Shown here in pieces: positions 1 to 11,950 of a stretch of DNA of 64,000 bases (positions within the stretch are counted from its first letter, which is position 1; the number at the start of each line of letters is the position of its first letter). The position numbers were made by a program, and so were the translations under genes. The DNA is taken from positions 1,178,001-1,242,000 of the forward strand of contig JAPDFW010000059.1 of the NCBI GenBank assembly GCA_028826165.1, given 5' to 3'. The stretch comes from Anaeramoeba ignava BMAN (lineage: Eukaryota; Protista; Anaeramoebae). The notes beneath the pieces are model-generated. The model was not told the origin of the DNA and did no database searches. It worked only from the letters and a program-made list of their open reading frames with translations.

Positions 1-30
1 TTCTGATGTTGTTTGATAAGGAGAATTCAT
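1..30 (-). CDS. 5' end of a gene running off the left edge (MNSPYQTTSE...), product unknown
   Basis: ATG at 30-28 on the minus strand, open to the window edge; TTTCATTTTT Inr-like motif just upstream (41-50, minus), as at most other gene starts here. Confidence 0.5.
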   Translation of the reverse strand, partial: MNSPYQTTSE

Positions 31-119
31 TTTATAAAAAAAAAATGAAATTACTTTTTGGATTAAATTTGAATTATTTTTAAAAAAAAAGGAAAATTGA
101 AATAAATTTATTAAATATT

Positions 120-1010
120 TATTTAAAAAAATTGGAATAAATTTATATTTAAATTTATTTTGGAATAATTATATTTTAAAAATTTAAATTTATTTAAAAA
201 ATTGGAATAAATATTTATTTAAATTTATATTAAAATTTATTTAAAAAAAGTGGAATAAATATTTATTAAAATATATTAAATATTTATTTAAAGAAATTGG
301 AATAAATATTTATTTAAATTTATATTTAAATTTATATTTAAAGAAATTGGAATAAATATTTATTAAAAATATATTTAAATTTATTTTAAAAAGTGGAATA
401 AATATTTATTAAATTTAAATTTAAATTTATTTTAAAAAAGTGGAATAAATATTTATTAAATTTATATTTAAATTTATTTTAAAAAGTGGAATAAATATTT
501 ATTAAATTTATATTTAAATTTATTTAAAAAGTGGAATAAATATTTATTAAAATTATATTTAAAAAGTGGAATAAATTTATTAAAATATATTTAAATTTAT
601 TTAAAAAAAGTGGAATAAATATTTATTTAAATTTATTTAAAAAAAATGGAATAAATATTTATTAAATTTATATTTAAATTTATTTAAAAAGTGGAATAAA
701 TATTTATTAAATTTATATTAAAATTTATTTAAAAAGTGGAATAAAAAATTTATTTATTTAAATTTATTTTAAAAAGTGGAATAAATATTTATTTAAATTT
801 ATATTTATATTTATTTAAATTTATATTTAAATTTATTTAAATTTATTTTAAATTTATATAAGAAAAAGTGGAATAAATATTTATTTAAATTTATTTAAAT
901 TTATATTTAAATTTATTTAAAAAAAGTGGAATAAATATTTATTAAAATTTATATAAATTTATTTATATTTATATTTAAAATTTATTTTAAAAAGTGGAAT
1001 AAATATTTTT
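120..1010. repeat. AT-rich minisatellite, about 40-50 bp units with an AAAAGTGGAATAAATATTT core
   Basis: About 20 recurrences of (a/g)TGGAATAAA separated by A/T-only spacers, between two divergent gene starts. Confidence 0.85.
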
Positions 1011-1060
1011 AAAAGAATTTTCTTGATTTTTTTTTTTTTTCATTTTTTCTCTTTCTTAAA

Positions 1061-4000
1061 ATGCAAAGATTTTTTGATGAAATTAATCAATCTCTTGATA
1101 AATCAATTTCTCAAAAAGATTTAAAACCAATTTCTAATATTCTTAATAGAACAAAAGGAGAAAATAAAGATAAAATTGTATTGAAATTTTTAATTTATTT
1201 TTTTAATTTTTTAATTTAATTTTTAATTTAGAAAGTGAAATTTTACAAACATTTTAAAAAAAGAAAAAAAAAATTTAATTAAATTTTCTTTTAAAAATAT
1301 TCTTTTATTTAAAGGATTTATTATTATTTTCTGCTTTACAAAAACCAATTACTTCAGAAATTTTAAAACTAATTTTAGAATTTGGAGTTAATATTAATTC
1401 AAGAAATGTAAAATTATTCACAAAAAAAAAGTCAAAAAAAAAGCAATTCAAATTAAGAATCGTTTTTTATTTTTAAGTTTGTAATCATTTCTATTTATTT
1501 AATAAATTAAACAAAATGTAAAAATTTATTTTTTTTGTTAAAAAAAATTAGAGAGTAAAATTTGATTTTGTATTTTTTTGATTAAATTTTTGATTTATTT
1601 TTTATTATTTTTTAGTCACAAATACCTTTGCATGTTGCTCTTGAAAATAAAAAAAGTTTATCTATAATTAAATTATTAATTGAATATGAATCTGATCTTT
1701 TTATTACAGATGTAAATAAATTTCGAAAAAAAATTTTTTTTCAATTATTTTTTAGATTAAAAATATTTTTTTGGAATCCAAAAAAACTAGCAAGTAAATA
1801 ATCAAAAATAAATAATCAAAAATTAAAAACAAAAAATAAAGATTAATTTATGTTCTTTTCCATTTATTTTTCTTACTATTTTTTTAGTTAGTAAAATTTC
1901 ATTTTTGATTTTTTTTGGAAATTAATTTTATCATCATTTTCTTTAATTAAAGAATGAAACACCTTTACACACAGCTTGTAAAAGTTGTGTAGATTTTGAT
2001 ATTATAAAACTCCTTGTTGATTCAGGTTCTGATATTCATGCTATTACAGTAAAATTTAATTAGAATTTGAAATTTGAAATTTTATTTGAAAGTTTAATTT
2101 TAATTTAAAAAATTAGGATGTAAAACTTCATCTTCTTTTTTATTTATTCATTTTTTAATAATCTTATTATTAAAAATAAAATAATTTAAGGAAGTAATTT
2201 TAATTTTAAATTTTTTCAAAAATTTTTTTTCGAAAGTTTTTTTGGAAATTATTTTTCTTTTTAATAGAATGAAGAACCAATTCATCTTGCTTGTTGTCCA
2301 AATCCAAACAATGATACAATTTTATTTCTAATTGAAAAAGGTGCGAATATTCATTTAAAAGATGTATATTTTTTTTAATCAAATTTTTTTAATTGATTTT
2401 TTTTTAATCAATTTTTTTTTCAAAAATAGAAAGTAATAATTCAATCAAAACAAAACAAAAATTTCTTTATGTAATAATTTAAAATTTTTTAAAATGATAG
2501 AATGTTTGATTAAATCAAAAAAAATGTCAAAAAAATTTGATTAAAAAAAAAAATTTTTTTTTCCTCATTTTAATTTTAACAGGAAAATCTTCCTTTTCAT
2601 TATGCAGTTCAAAATGGAGCATCATTGAAAGTGATTGAATTTCTTTATAATAATCTTCAAGAAAAACTAACAGAAGAAGAAGTAATTTAATAGAATGAAA
2701 AATCAACCAAAAAAAAAAGTGGAAAAAATATTTTACATTTTTAAATTTATTTTTAAATTTAAATTAATTTGTTTAGATTGATAAATTATTTTTGTTAAAT
2801 TGTCAAAAATATCCTAGTGGTGATTCTCTTGAATTTCTATTAAAATTAGGAGCAAAATATGATAATTCTCAAGTAGAATTATAAATTCAATTAAAAATGA
2901 AATTTAAATTGAATTTAAAAAAAAAATTCTTTTTTCTTTATTAAATAATAGTCAAAAACACCAATTCAATATCTTTGCATGAATAATAGAAGTTTAGAAG
3001 CTATTAAAGTTTTAATAAAATGGGGATTTAGTGTTAATTCAGATAATGTAAATTTTTTATTGATTAATTTTTATTGATTAATTTTTTGTTCCACTTTTTT
3101 TTTTAATTTTTTTAAATAGAGTTCTGAACCTCCTTTATTTCTAGCTTTTAGAAATATTAATTGTCTTGAAACTTTGAATTTGTTAATTGATTCAGGAGCA
3201 AATATTGAAACAGAGGTTTTTTTTTATTAATTTTTAATTTTTTATTAATTAATTTTTTATTAATTTTTTCAATTTAGTTTCAAGTAAAGGATTCTTATAA
3301 ATCATCAAATTTAAACAAATATAAAAAAGAAAATGATTTTTATTCTTAATTCCATTTTAAAATACTTTTAGTCAAAAAATGTTTTAGATATTGCATGTCA
3401 AATGAAATCATCATTCCCAATTTTTCGCCGATTAATTTTATCAGGAGCAAAAGAACCAAAACGAAATGTGAAAAACAAAAGATTAAAATAATTTTTATTT
3501 TATAATTTTTAATCTAAATTTTAAATTTTTAATTTAGAATGTAAAATTTTTCATTTTATAAAAAAAAAACATCATTTCCTAATAATTATTATAATTATTA
3601 TAATTATTTAGCGTTTTTTTAATTCGGGAAAAATGATAGAAATGAGGAAAAGATTTGTTAGTTTTGTTGATGATTTTGAAAATTTAATTTCACTTGATGA
3701 AACTTATGATTTCTTTATTAAATCAGCAGATTCGATAGAAATTGGGTTTCATAAATGCATTTTTTTATGCAGAACTGGATATCCAAGTGAATTAGAAGAT
3801 ATCAAACAAAAATTGCAGAATTTTCCATCAAAAGATTTAATAATTTTAAGGAAATTTCTTTATACAACAAAATATAAACATCAAGATTTAGATTCTGCAA
3901 AACTAACAAAAATTTTTGAATCAATTGATAGAAAAGATATCATCAATAGAAACACATATTGGCACTTGATTTCCGATATTTCTACACTTTGGAATCATGA

Positions 4001-4295
4001 AGAAAGCAAAGATTTCACTTTTATTGTTCATGAAAAAAAACTCAATGTTCATAAAGCAATTTTGATTGCAAGAAGTGATTTGTTTAAAGGAATGTTTATC
4101 TCTGTAAATGATTCATCAAATGTTGTTCATGAATACTCTGGAAAAACTTATCCTGCAATGAAAGCTTTGATCCATTTTTTTTATACTGATGTTTTGGATT
4201 GTCCAAAAAAAGTTTTGAAAGAAATTGATGATTCTGCAAGATTTTATCAATTAAATAGAAAAACCATGCTTACCTTTTATCAAAATCAAAAATAA
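1061..4295 (+). CDS. Ankyrin-repeat + BTB/POZ protein (about 566 aa, 22 exons including 11 microexons); putative Cullin-3 substrate adaptor
   Basis: Exons 1061-1177, 1315-1407, 1616-1711, 1953-2048, 2268-2363, 2583-2681, 2777-2872, 2952-3047, 3120-3215, 3372-3467, 3612-4295 plus microexons; all GT-AG and phase 0. Ankyrin motifs SQIPLHVA, NETPLHTAC..KLLVDSGSDIH, EPIHLAC..FLIEKGANIH; C-terminal BTB DFTFIVHEKKLNVHKAILIARSDLFKGMF..FFYTD. Confidence 0.9.
1232..3540 (+). other. Eleven putative microexons: AAA 1232-1234, TTT 1478-1480, AGA 1552-1554, CAA 1791-1793, TTA 1888-1890, GAT 2117-2119, GAA 2191-2193, AAA 2430-2432, AAT 2501-2503, TTTCAA 3278-3283, AAT 3538-3540
   Basis: Each is an AG|NNN|GT (once AG|6 nt|GT) motif spaced one typical intron length (54-94 nt) from its neighbours; the four pairs and the 6-nt exon restore ankyrin D-x-x-G-x-TPLH spacing. 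Confidence 0.8.
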
Positions 4296-4299
4296 AATC

Positions 4300-4745
4300 A
4301 ATCAATTAATTAAAAATTTAAATCAATTAAATCAAAATTTAAATCAATTAAATCAATTAAATCAATTAAATCAATTAAATCAATTAAATCAATTAAATAA
4401 AAAATTAAATCAATTAAATCAATTAAATCAATTAAATAAAAAATTTAAATCAAAAATTAAATAAATTATTGGAAACAAAAACTGAATAAAAATTAAATCA
4501 ATTAAAATTAAATAAAAATTCAAATCAAAAATTAAATCAATTAAATCAATTAAATCAAAAATTAAATCAATCAAATAAAAATTAAATTAAAAAAGTGGAA
4601 TAAAAAGTGGAATAAAATTGGAATAAAAACTGAATAAAAATTAAATAAAAAGTGGAATAAAAAACTGAATAAAAAATTAAATAAAAAATTAAATAAAAAA
4701 TTAAATAAAAATTAAATAAAAAAGTGGAATAAAAAAGTGGAATTT
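4300..4745. repeat. AATCAATTA tandem repeats followed by AAAAGTGGAATAAA / AATTAAATAAAA repeats
   Basis: Direct inspection. Confidence 0.75.
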
Positions 4746-4833
4746 TTTTTTTATCCTCTTGTTAATGTCATTTGCTTTTAAAACAAATAGTTTTTTTTTT
4801 TTCTAAAATTAAAATTCACTTTTTAAAATTGAA

Positions 4834-5385
4834 ATGAACCAAAATTTCATTCAAGAAAAAGAAAGAGAAAAAGAAGAAATTGAAGAATTTAAAGAAATTG
4901 AAAAGAGTTTTTTAAATGAAAATAAAAATAAAAATAAAAATGAAATTTTATTGAAAAAATTTTTAGAAAATGAAGAAAAAATTGAAAATCAATTAAAAAA
5001 TGGAATCAAAAAAATTCAAGAAGAAATTATTCTTTTTCAAAAAAAAAATCAAAAATTAGAAATTGAACAAAAAAAATCATCTCAAAAAAATCAACTCTTA
5101 AAAAATGAATGTCAATCAATTAAATTTGAATTGAAAAAAATGAAAGAAAATTTTGAAAATTTAAAAATTGAAGAAAAAAATTTTTTTATTCAAAAAGTGG
5201 AACAAATTGAAAAAGAAAAGAATTTAATTAAAAAAGAAATTAAAGAAAACAATGAAATTAAAGAAAAATTTTTTTGTTTAAAAAAAGAAAAAGAAATTAA
5301 AGAAAAAGAAAAAAAAGAAAAAGAGGAAAAACAAAAGAATGAAATAATTAGAATGAAAAAAACAATTGAAATTTTAAATCAATAA
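4834..5385 (+). CDS. Hypothetical K/E-rich coiled-coil protein (183 aa)
   Basis: Intronless ORF with heptad-like K/E/I/L composition; no recognisable domain. Confidence 0.55.
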   Translation: MNQNFIQEKEREKEEIEEFKEIEKSFLNENKNKNKNEILLKKFLENEEKIENQLKNGIKKIQEEIILFQKKNQKLEIEQKKSSQKNQLLKNECQSIKFELKKMKENFENLKIEEKNFFIQKVEQIEKEKNLIKKEIKENNEIKEKFFCLKKEKEIKEKEKKEKEEKQKNEIIRMKKTIEILNQ

Positions 5386-5467
5386 ATAAAAAAAAATAAA
5401 AAAAACGGAAATTTAATTTTTTTCATTTTTTTCATTTTTTTTCTTTTTAAAAAATAAATTTAAAAAA

Positions 5468-6616
5468 ATGTCAGACGAAAAGCAAAAAAAAAAAACCAAA
5501 AAACCAAAAAAAACTCCAATGGAAAGAGTTCAAAATACAATGCGAGTAATGCAAGAAAATATACAAAAAGATACAATAGAAATTGAAGTTGGAAATCAAA
5601 AATTCAAATCAACAAGAGAAACACTTGAGAAAAGTGAACTATTAAAAGACGCACTTGATTTACAAAAAAAAGGACAACGTTCGCCAAATCAAATTTTTGT
5701 TGATGAAGATCCAACTTATTTTCCTTTTCTTCTTTGGTTTTTAAGACAAAAAGAAATCGATTCATTTACTTTATTAAGCAAACTGGAAAAAATTGAATAT
5801 TCTGAAATCCAATTAATTTTGAGTTCAGCAAAAAATTTTCGTATTTATTCTCTTGTTGATCTTTTGGAAAATTATTTAGGAACAACTTTCGATCCAAATT
5901 TAATCAAATATCAATTTGAAATTTCTGAAAATGCAACAAGATTTAAAAGAATTAATCATGATAGTGTTTGGAAAACTGCTTTTTCAAGATTCTTTAGATC
6001 TGGAAAACATTATTTTGAAGGTCAATTAATTTCTGCTTCAAATAATCGTTATGTTATGTTTGGTGTTACTCCAAAAAGAATTTCAAGAGGTTATTCTGGT
6101 CAAAATCTTAATCCAAAAGGAGTATCTTTACATTTTTCTGATGGAAAGTTATATATTGATAGTAAAAGTGATATTCAATTAGCTCCTCAACAACTTGAAA
6201 TTACAGATTTTCTTGGAGTGTAAATTTAAATTCATTTATTAAATTTAAAATTAAAATTAAAATTAAAATCAAAATCAAAATCAAAATCAAAATCAAAATT
6301 AAAATTAAAATCAAAATTAAAATTAAAATCAATATTCAAAATTAAAACCAAATTCAAAATCAAAATCAAAATCAAAATCAAAATCAAAATCAAAATTAAA
6401 AATCAATTTAGATTTTTGGATATGGAATCACAACCAAAAACAGTTACTTTTTGTGTTAATGGAGAAGTAGTTGGATCATCACCTATAACTTTATCTGAAC
6501 CAAAATATGCTTTTTGTGTTTCAACTTATAATGTTAATGATGAAATTAAGATTTTTCCTTTCGCAACACCTCCAGAATCTTTATTACAAAAAGAAAAAGA
6601 AAATCAAAAAAATTAA
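5468..6616 (+). CDS. KCTD-like BTB (T1-type) + SPRY/B30.2 domain protein; intron 6220-6411
   Basis: IEIEVGNQKFKSTRETL..IFVDEDPTYFPFLLWFLR (T1-BTB); SGKHYFE..VMFGV, and after splicing FLGVFLDMES..TVTFCVNG (SPRY). Confidence 0.85.
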
Positions 6617-6940
6617 AAATTTAAATCAAATCCAAAAATTCAAAATTAAAATTTAATCCAAAAATTCATTCATTCAAAAATCAAAATCAAATCCAAAAAT
6701 TAAAATCAAAAATTAAATTCCTTTTTCCTTTTTTATTAAAATTAAATTTGATTGTTTCGAATTTTTTGAATGAAAAAAAAAAATCAAATTCAAATTTAAA
6801 CTTTAAAAATTTTGATTTGATTTGATTTGATTGAAAAATTGAAAAATTGAACCAAATATTCGAAAAAAAAAATTAGAAAAAAATTGAAAAAAAAAAAAAG
6901 AAATTGTTATTGTTTTTGTTACTGATTTTAAAAATTGAAA

Positions 6941-9900
6941 TTAATCTTGTTTATCTTTTGTTTGTTCTCTTGAGATTTTTTCATGTAAAGCTTTTCTTCT
7001 TTCATTTTCTAATTTAACTTTCTTAAATCTTAACATAAATTTTCCACCAACAGTAAAAACCACAAGAACAACAATACAAAGAATATGTAAATAGAAATAC
7101 AATCCTTTCCAATACATTAAAGCAGTTTTAAATTCCAAGAACTATTTTAATTTAATATTTGATTTAATATTTAATTTAATTTAATTTAATTTAATATTTG
7201 ATTTAATATTTAATTTAATATTTGATTTAATATTTGATTTAATATTTAATTTAATATTTAATTTAATTTAATATTTAATATTTAATATTTAATATTTGAT
7301 TTAATTTAATTTAATTTAATTTAATATTTAATTTGATATTTAATATTTAATATTTAATTTAATATTTAATATTTAATATTTAATATTTAATATTTAATTT
7401 AATTTTAATTTAATATTTAATTTAATATTTAATTTAATATTTAATTTAATATTTAATTTAATATTTAATATTTAATATTTAATATTTAATTTAATTTTAA
7501 ATTTAATATTTAATATTTAATATTTAATATTTAATTTAATTTAATTTAATATTTAATATTTAATTTAATATTTAATTTAATTTAATATTTAATTTAATAT
7601 TTAATTTAATATTTAATATTTAATATTTAATATTTAATATTTGATTTAATATTTAATTTAATTTAATTTAATTTAATATTTAATTTAATAATTAAAATGC
7701 ACATGAAAAGGAAGTCCACAATAATTGGCAGCACCAAATCCTATTATAATAGTTCCTATTCCATCATAAATATATTTAAATGGATAATTTCCATCTCCAT
7801 TATCTTTTAAAAAGAATGGTCTCACATTTCTTCTCATTGCTTTTCCTGCTTCTAATACAAGTGACATTGTTAAGAAAGCCATATAATATCCTGGATATAA
7901 TCCCTATATTTCAATTTTGAATTTGAATTTGATTTTGATTTATTTTAATTTTGATTTTAATTTTGATTTTGATTTTGATTTCATTTTCAAATTGAATTTT
8001 AATTTTAATTTTGATTTTGATTTTGATTTTGAATTTGATTTTAATTTCAATTTCAATTTTGATTTTAATTTTAATTTTGATTTTGATTTTAATTTTGATT
8101 TCATTTTCAAATTGAATTTTAATTTTAATTTTAATTTTAATTTTGATTTTGATTTTGATTTAAATTTTAATTTTAATTTTAATTTTAATTTTGATTTTAA
8201 TTTGAATTTTAATTTTGATTTTTATTTTAATTTTAATTTTAATTTTAATTTTAATTTTAATTTTAATTTTAATTTTGATTTTAATTTTAATTTTGATTTC
8301 ATTTTCAAATTGAATTTTTATTTTAATTTTAAAAATAAAAGTGTATATCAAACATGCCAAAAAGCTGAAATCAAGTAAGTTAAATAGCTAGCAACAGTTG
8401 TTGATTTATTAGTACCAATAGGAGCAAAACGAAGATAAGCATCTAAATAAAAAATAAAAAATAATAAATAATAAATATTTAAAAATATTTAAAAATATTA
8501 AATAATAATAAATAATAAATACATCTCTTTAACCAAGCATTAACTCTAATATTCCATGATTCAGAAACATCTCTCCAACTTTGTGCTGTTTCAACTTTAA
8601 TTGGATGGAAAACAACAAGTCGATCCCTAATTAATCAAAAAGAAAATTAAAAAGAAAATTAAAAAGAAAATTAATTAAAATTTTTCTTTTGAATTTTTTA
8701 TACCATTTTTTATTTCCATTTTTATCATAACCATTAAATCCAAATCCTGAAAAAATATTTGCTCCTTCAGACATAATCATTCCAGTATAATAACGTGATC
8801 TAACAGCAATACCCAGTCCAATAGAAAATAAGAATCTAAAAATCGGATAAAAAAATTCAATTAAAAAAATCAATTTAAAAAATTCAATTAAAAAATTCAA
8901 TTAAAAATTTGTTTACCTTCTAATCCAATTACTTTTTAAATATCCTCCTGTTTTTAAGAAATCATCATTAAAATAGATTGATAGAAAAAACATTAAACCT
9001 CCAAAAAAAAATGATGTTAAAAGCTTTTTTAATCCTTCAAATAATCCATCCTTTTTTTAGATTTAATTTTCATTTATTTTTAATAAATTATTATTAAAAA
9101 AGAAATTAGAAAATTAAACTCAAAAAATTTACTGTTAATTTATCTGGTTTCGCGTCTTTTGGTTTCTATTTTGATTTATATTTTAATTTTAATTTTGATT
9201 TTTAATTTTGATTTTAATTTTAATTTTAATTTTAATTTTAATTTTGATTTTAATTTTAACTTTGATTTTGATTTAAATTTTAATTTTAATTTTAATTTTA
9301 ATTTTGATTTTGATTTTGATTTTGATTTTAATTTTGATTTTAATTTTAATTTCAATTTTAATTTTGATTTTAATTTTGAATTTGAATTTGAATTTGATTT
9401 GAATTTTGATTTTAATTTTGATTTTGAATTTGAATTTAATTTTGATTTTGATTTTAATTTTGATTTTGATTTTGATTTTAATTTGATTTTGATTTTATAC
9501 ATCTAAGTTTAATTTATGACTCATAAAATCAAGAAATTCTCTGATTTCATAAGGTGGTCCCATTAAAATTCCTCCAAAATAGAAAATAAATGACCAATAA
9601 TGAAGTAACGATGGAAGATGTGGAATTGATCTTTCTTTTTGATCTTTTGTTACTCTCTATATTTTTAAAATTGAAATTAAAATTGAAATTGAAATTGAAA
9701 TTAAAAATCAAAAATTAAAATTAAAATTAAAATTAATATTATTAAAATTAAAATTGAAATTGAAATTAAAATTGAAATTAAAAATTGAAATTGAAAATTA
9801 AAATTGAAATTGAAATTAAAATTGAAATTGAAATTGAAATTAAAATTAAAATTGAAATTGAAATTAAAATTGAAATTAAAATTGAAATTAAAATTGAAAT

Positions 9901-11554
9901 TGAAATTAAAATTAAAATTGAAATTGAAATTAAAATTAAAATTGAAATTGAAATTGAAATTAAAATTGAAATTGAAATTGAAATTGAAATTAAAATTGAA
10001 ATTGAAAATTGAAATTAAAATTGAAATTGAAATTGAAATTAAAATTGAAATTAAAATTGAAATTGAAATTAAAATTGAAATTGAAATTAAAATTGAAATT
10101 GAAATTGAAATTAAAATTAAAATTGAAATTAAAATTAAAATTAAAATTAAAATTGAAATTAAAATTGAAATTAAAATTAAAATTGAAATTAAAAATTGAA
10201 ATTAAAATTAAAATTAAAAATTAAAATTAAAATTAAAAAAATTAAAATTAAAAATTAAAATTAAAATTAAAATTGAAATTAAAATTAAAATTGAAATTAA
10301 AATTAAAATTAAAATTAAAATTGAAATTGAAATTGAAATTAAAATTAAAATTGAAATTAAAATTGAAATTAAAATTAAAATTAAAATTGAAATTGAAATT
10401 GAAATTAAAAAAATTGAAATTAAAATTGAAATTGAAATTAAAATTGAAATTGAAATTAAAATTAAAATTAAAATTAAAATTAAAATTAAAATTGAAATTG
10501 AAATTGAAATTAAAATTGAAATTGAAATTGAAATTGAAATTGAAATTGAAATTAAAATTGAAATTAAAATTAAAATTAAAATTGAAATTGAAATTAAAAT
10601 TGAAATTAAAATTAAAATTGAAATTGAAATTAAAATTGAAATTGAAATTGAAATTAAAATTGAAATTGAAATTGAAATTAAAATTGAAATTGAAATTAAA
10701 ATTGAAATTAAAATTAAAATTAAAATTAAAATTAAAATTAAAATTGAAATTGAAATTAAAATTAAAATTAAAATTAAAATTAAAATTGAAATTAAAATTA
10801 AAATTAAAATTAAAATTAAAATTAAAATTAAAATTAAAATTAAAATTAAAAATTAAAATTGAAATTGAAATGGAAATTGAAATTGAAATTGAAATTGAAA
10901 TTAAAATCAAAATCAAAATTAAAATTAAAATTAAAATTAAAATTGAAATTGAAATTAAAATTAAAATTAAAATTAAAATTAAAATTGAAATTAAAATTAA
11001 AATTGAAATTGAAATTGAAATTGAAATTGAAATTGAAATTAAAATTAAAATTACTTTATTTCTCCCACTTCCATCATGAATATTATACCCTAAAGAAGAT
11101 AAACGAGTTGTCAAAAGCATCATTGGACCTGTTATATCTAAAGTATATTCTAAATATCGAGTAATCATTCCATAAACATGCCTTTTAAAAAAAAAAAAGA
11201 ATTTTTTAAATTAAAAATTTTTAAAATAAAAATTATTAAAATAAAAATTATTTACAATCCAAACAAATAGCAAAGCATAAAATAAAAAACAATCCTTCTT
11301 GAGTATTTAACATTAAAATAAAGAAGAAGATAACAAATCAATCCAGGAATAATAAAATGAAAAATTTGCCAATTAAAACACAAAAAAATATAAAGAACTC
11401 CTAAAACAAGTGAATAAATGTGTCTGAAAGTAACGTTCTTTATCAAACGCATTGCAAAACCAAGTGGATATGATAATAATACTAAAACAACCGTTAGAAA
11501 TAAATCTCCTTCTAATCCTACTGTTGCTGCTATTTCATCAAGGAAATGTGGCAT
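6941..11554 (-). CDS. MBOAT-family lysophospholipid acyltransferase (LPLAT/Ale1-like), multi-exon
   Basis: Motifs DITGPMMLLTTRLSSLGYNIHDG, YFGGILMGPPYE, ESWNIRVNAWLKR|YAYLR, LISAFWH|GLYPGYY (catalytic His); many transmembrane segments; GT-AG introns, several repeat-expanded. Confidence 0.9.
7145..7695. repeat. Intronic (TTTAATA/ATTTA)n repeat in the MBOAT gene
   Basis: Direct inspection. Confidence 0.85.
9660..11052. repeat. About 1.4 kb hexamer microsatellite (ATTRAA)n filling MBOAT intron 9657-11054
   Basis: Direct inspection; source of the spurious KL/NF/IE ORFs. Confidence 0.95.
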
Positions 11555-11950
11555 TTTATTATTTGTTTTATTTTATTTGATTTTTTTGTAAGAAGAAAAT
11601 GAAAATTTTTTTTTTTAAAATTTAAAAATAAAATTAAAAAGGGAAAAATCATAATTTTTGTTTAAAAAAAAATTCCTAAATTTTTAAAATAAAATCTAAA
11701 ATCTAAAATCTAAAATCTAAAATCAAAAATCAAAAATAAAATGGAATTATTTCTTTTTTCTTGTTTTTGCTTTTACTTTTGTTTTGAATTAAAAGAAAAA
11801 GAAAAAGAAAAAGAAAAAAAAATGAAAAAGAAAAAAAGTGGAATGAATGAAAGAATGAATGAATGAAAAAGAAAAAAGTGGAATGAATGAAAAAGAAAAA
11901 AATGGAATGAATGAATGAATTTAAAGAAAATTTCTGTTGTTGTTTTTTTT

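Noticed and set aside
7917-11168. Many ORFs of poly-KL, NF, IE, DF, IL or SK dipeptides here and at 14961-15699, 26492-27289, 28738-29227 and 55116-57108
   Set aside because: Stop-free readings of hexamer microsatellites in introns or antisense to real genes
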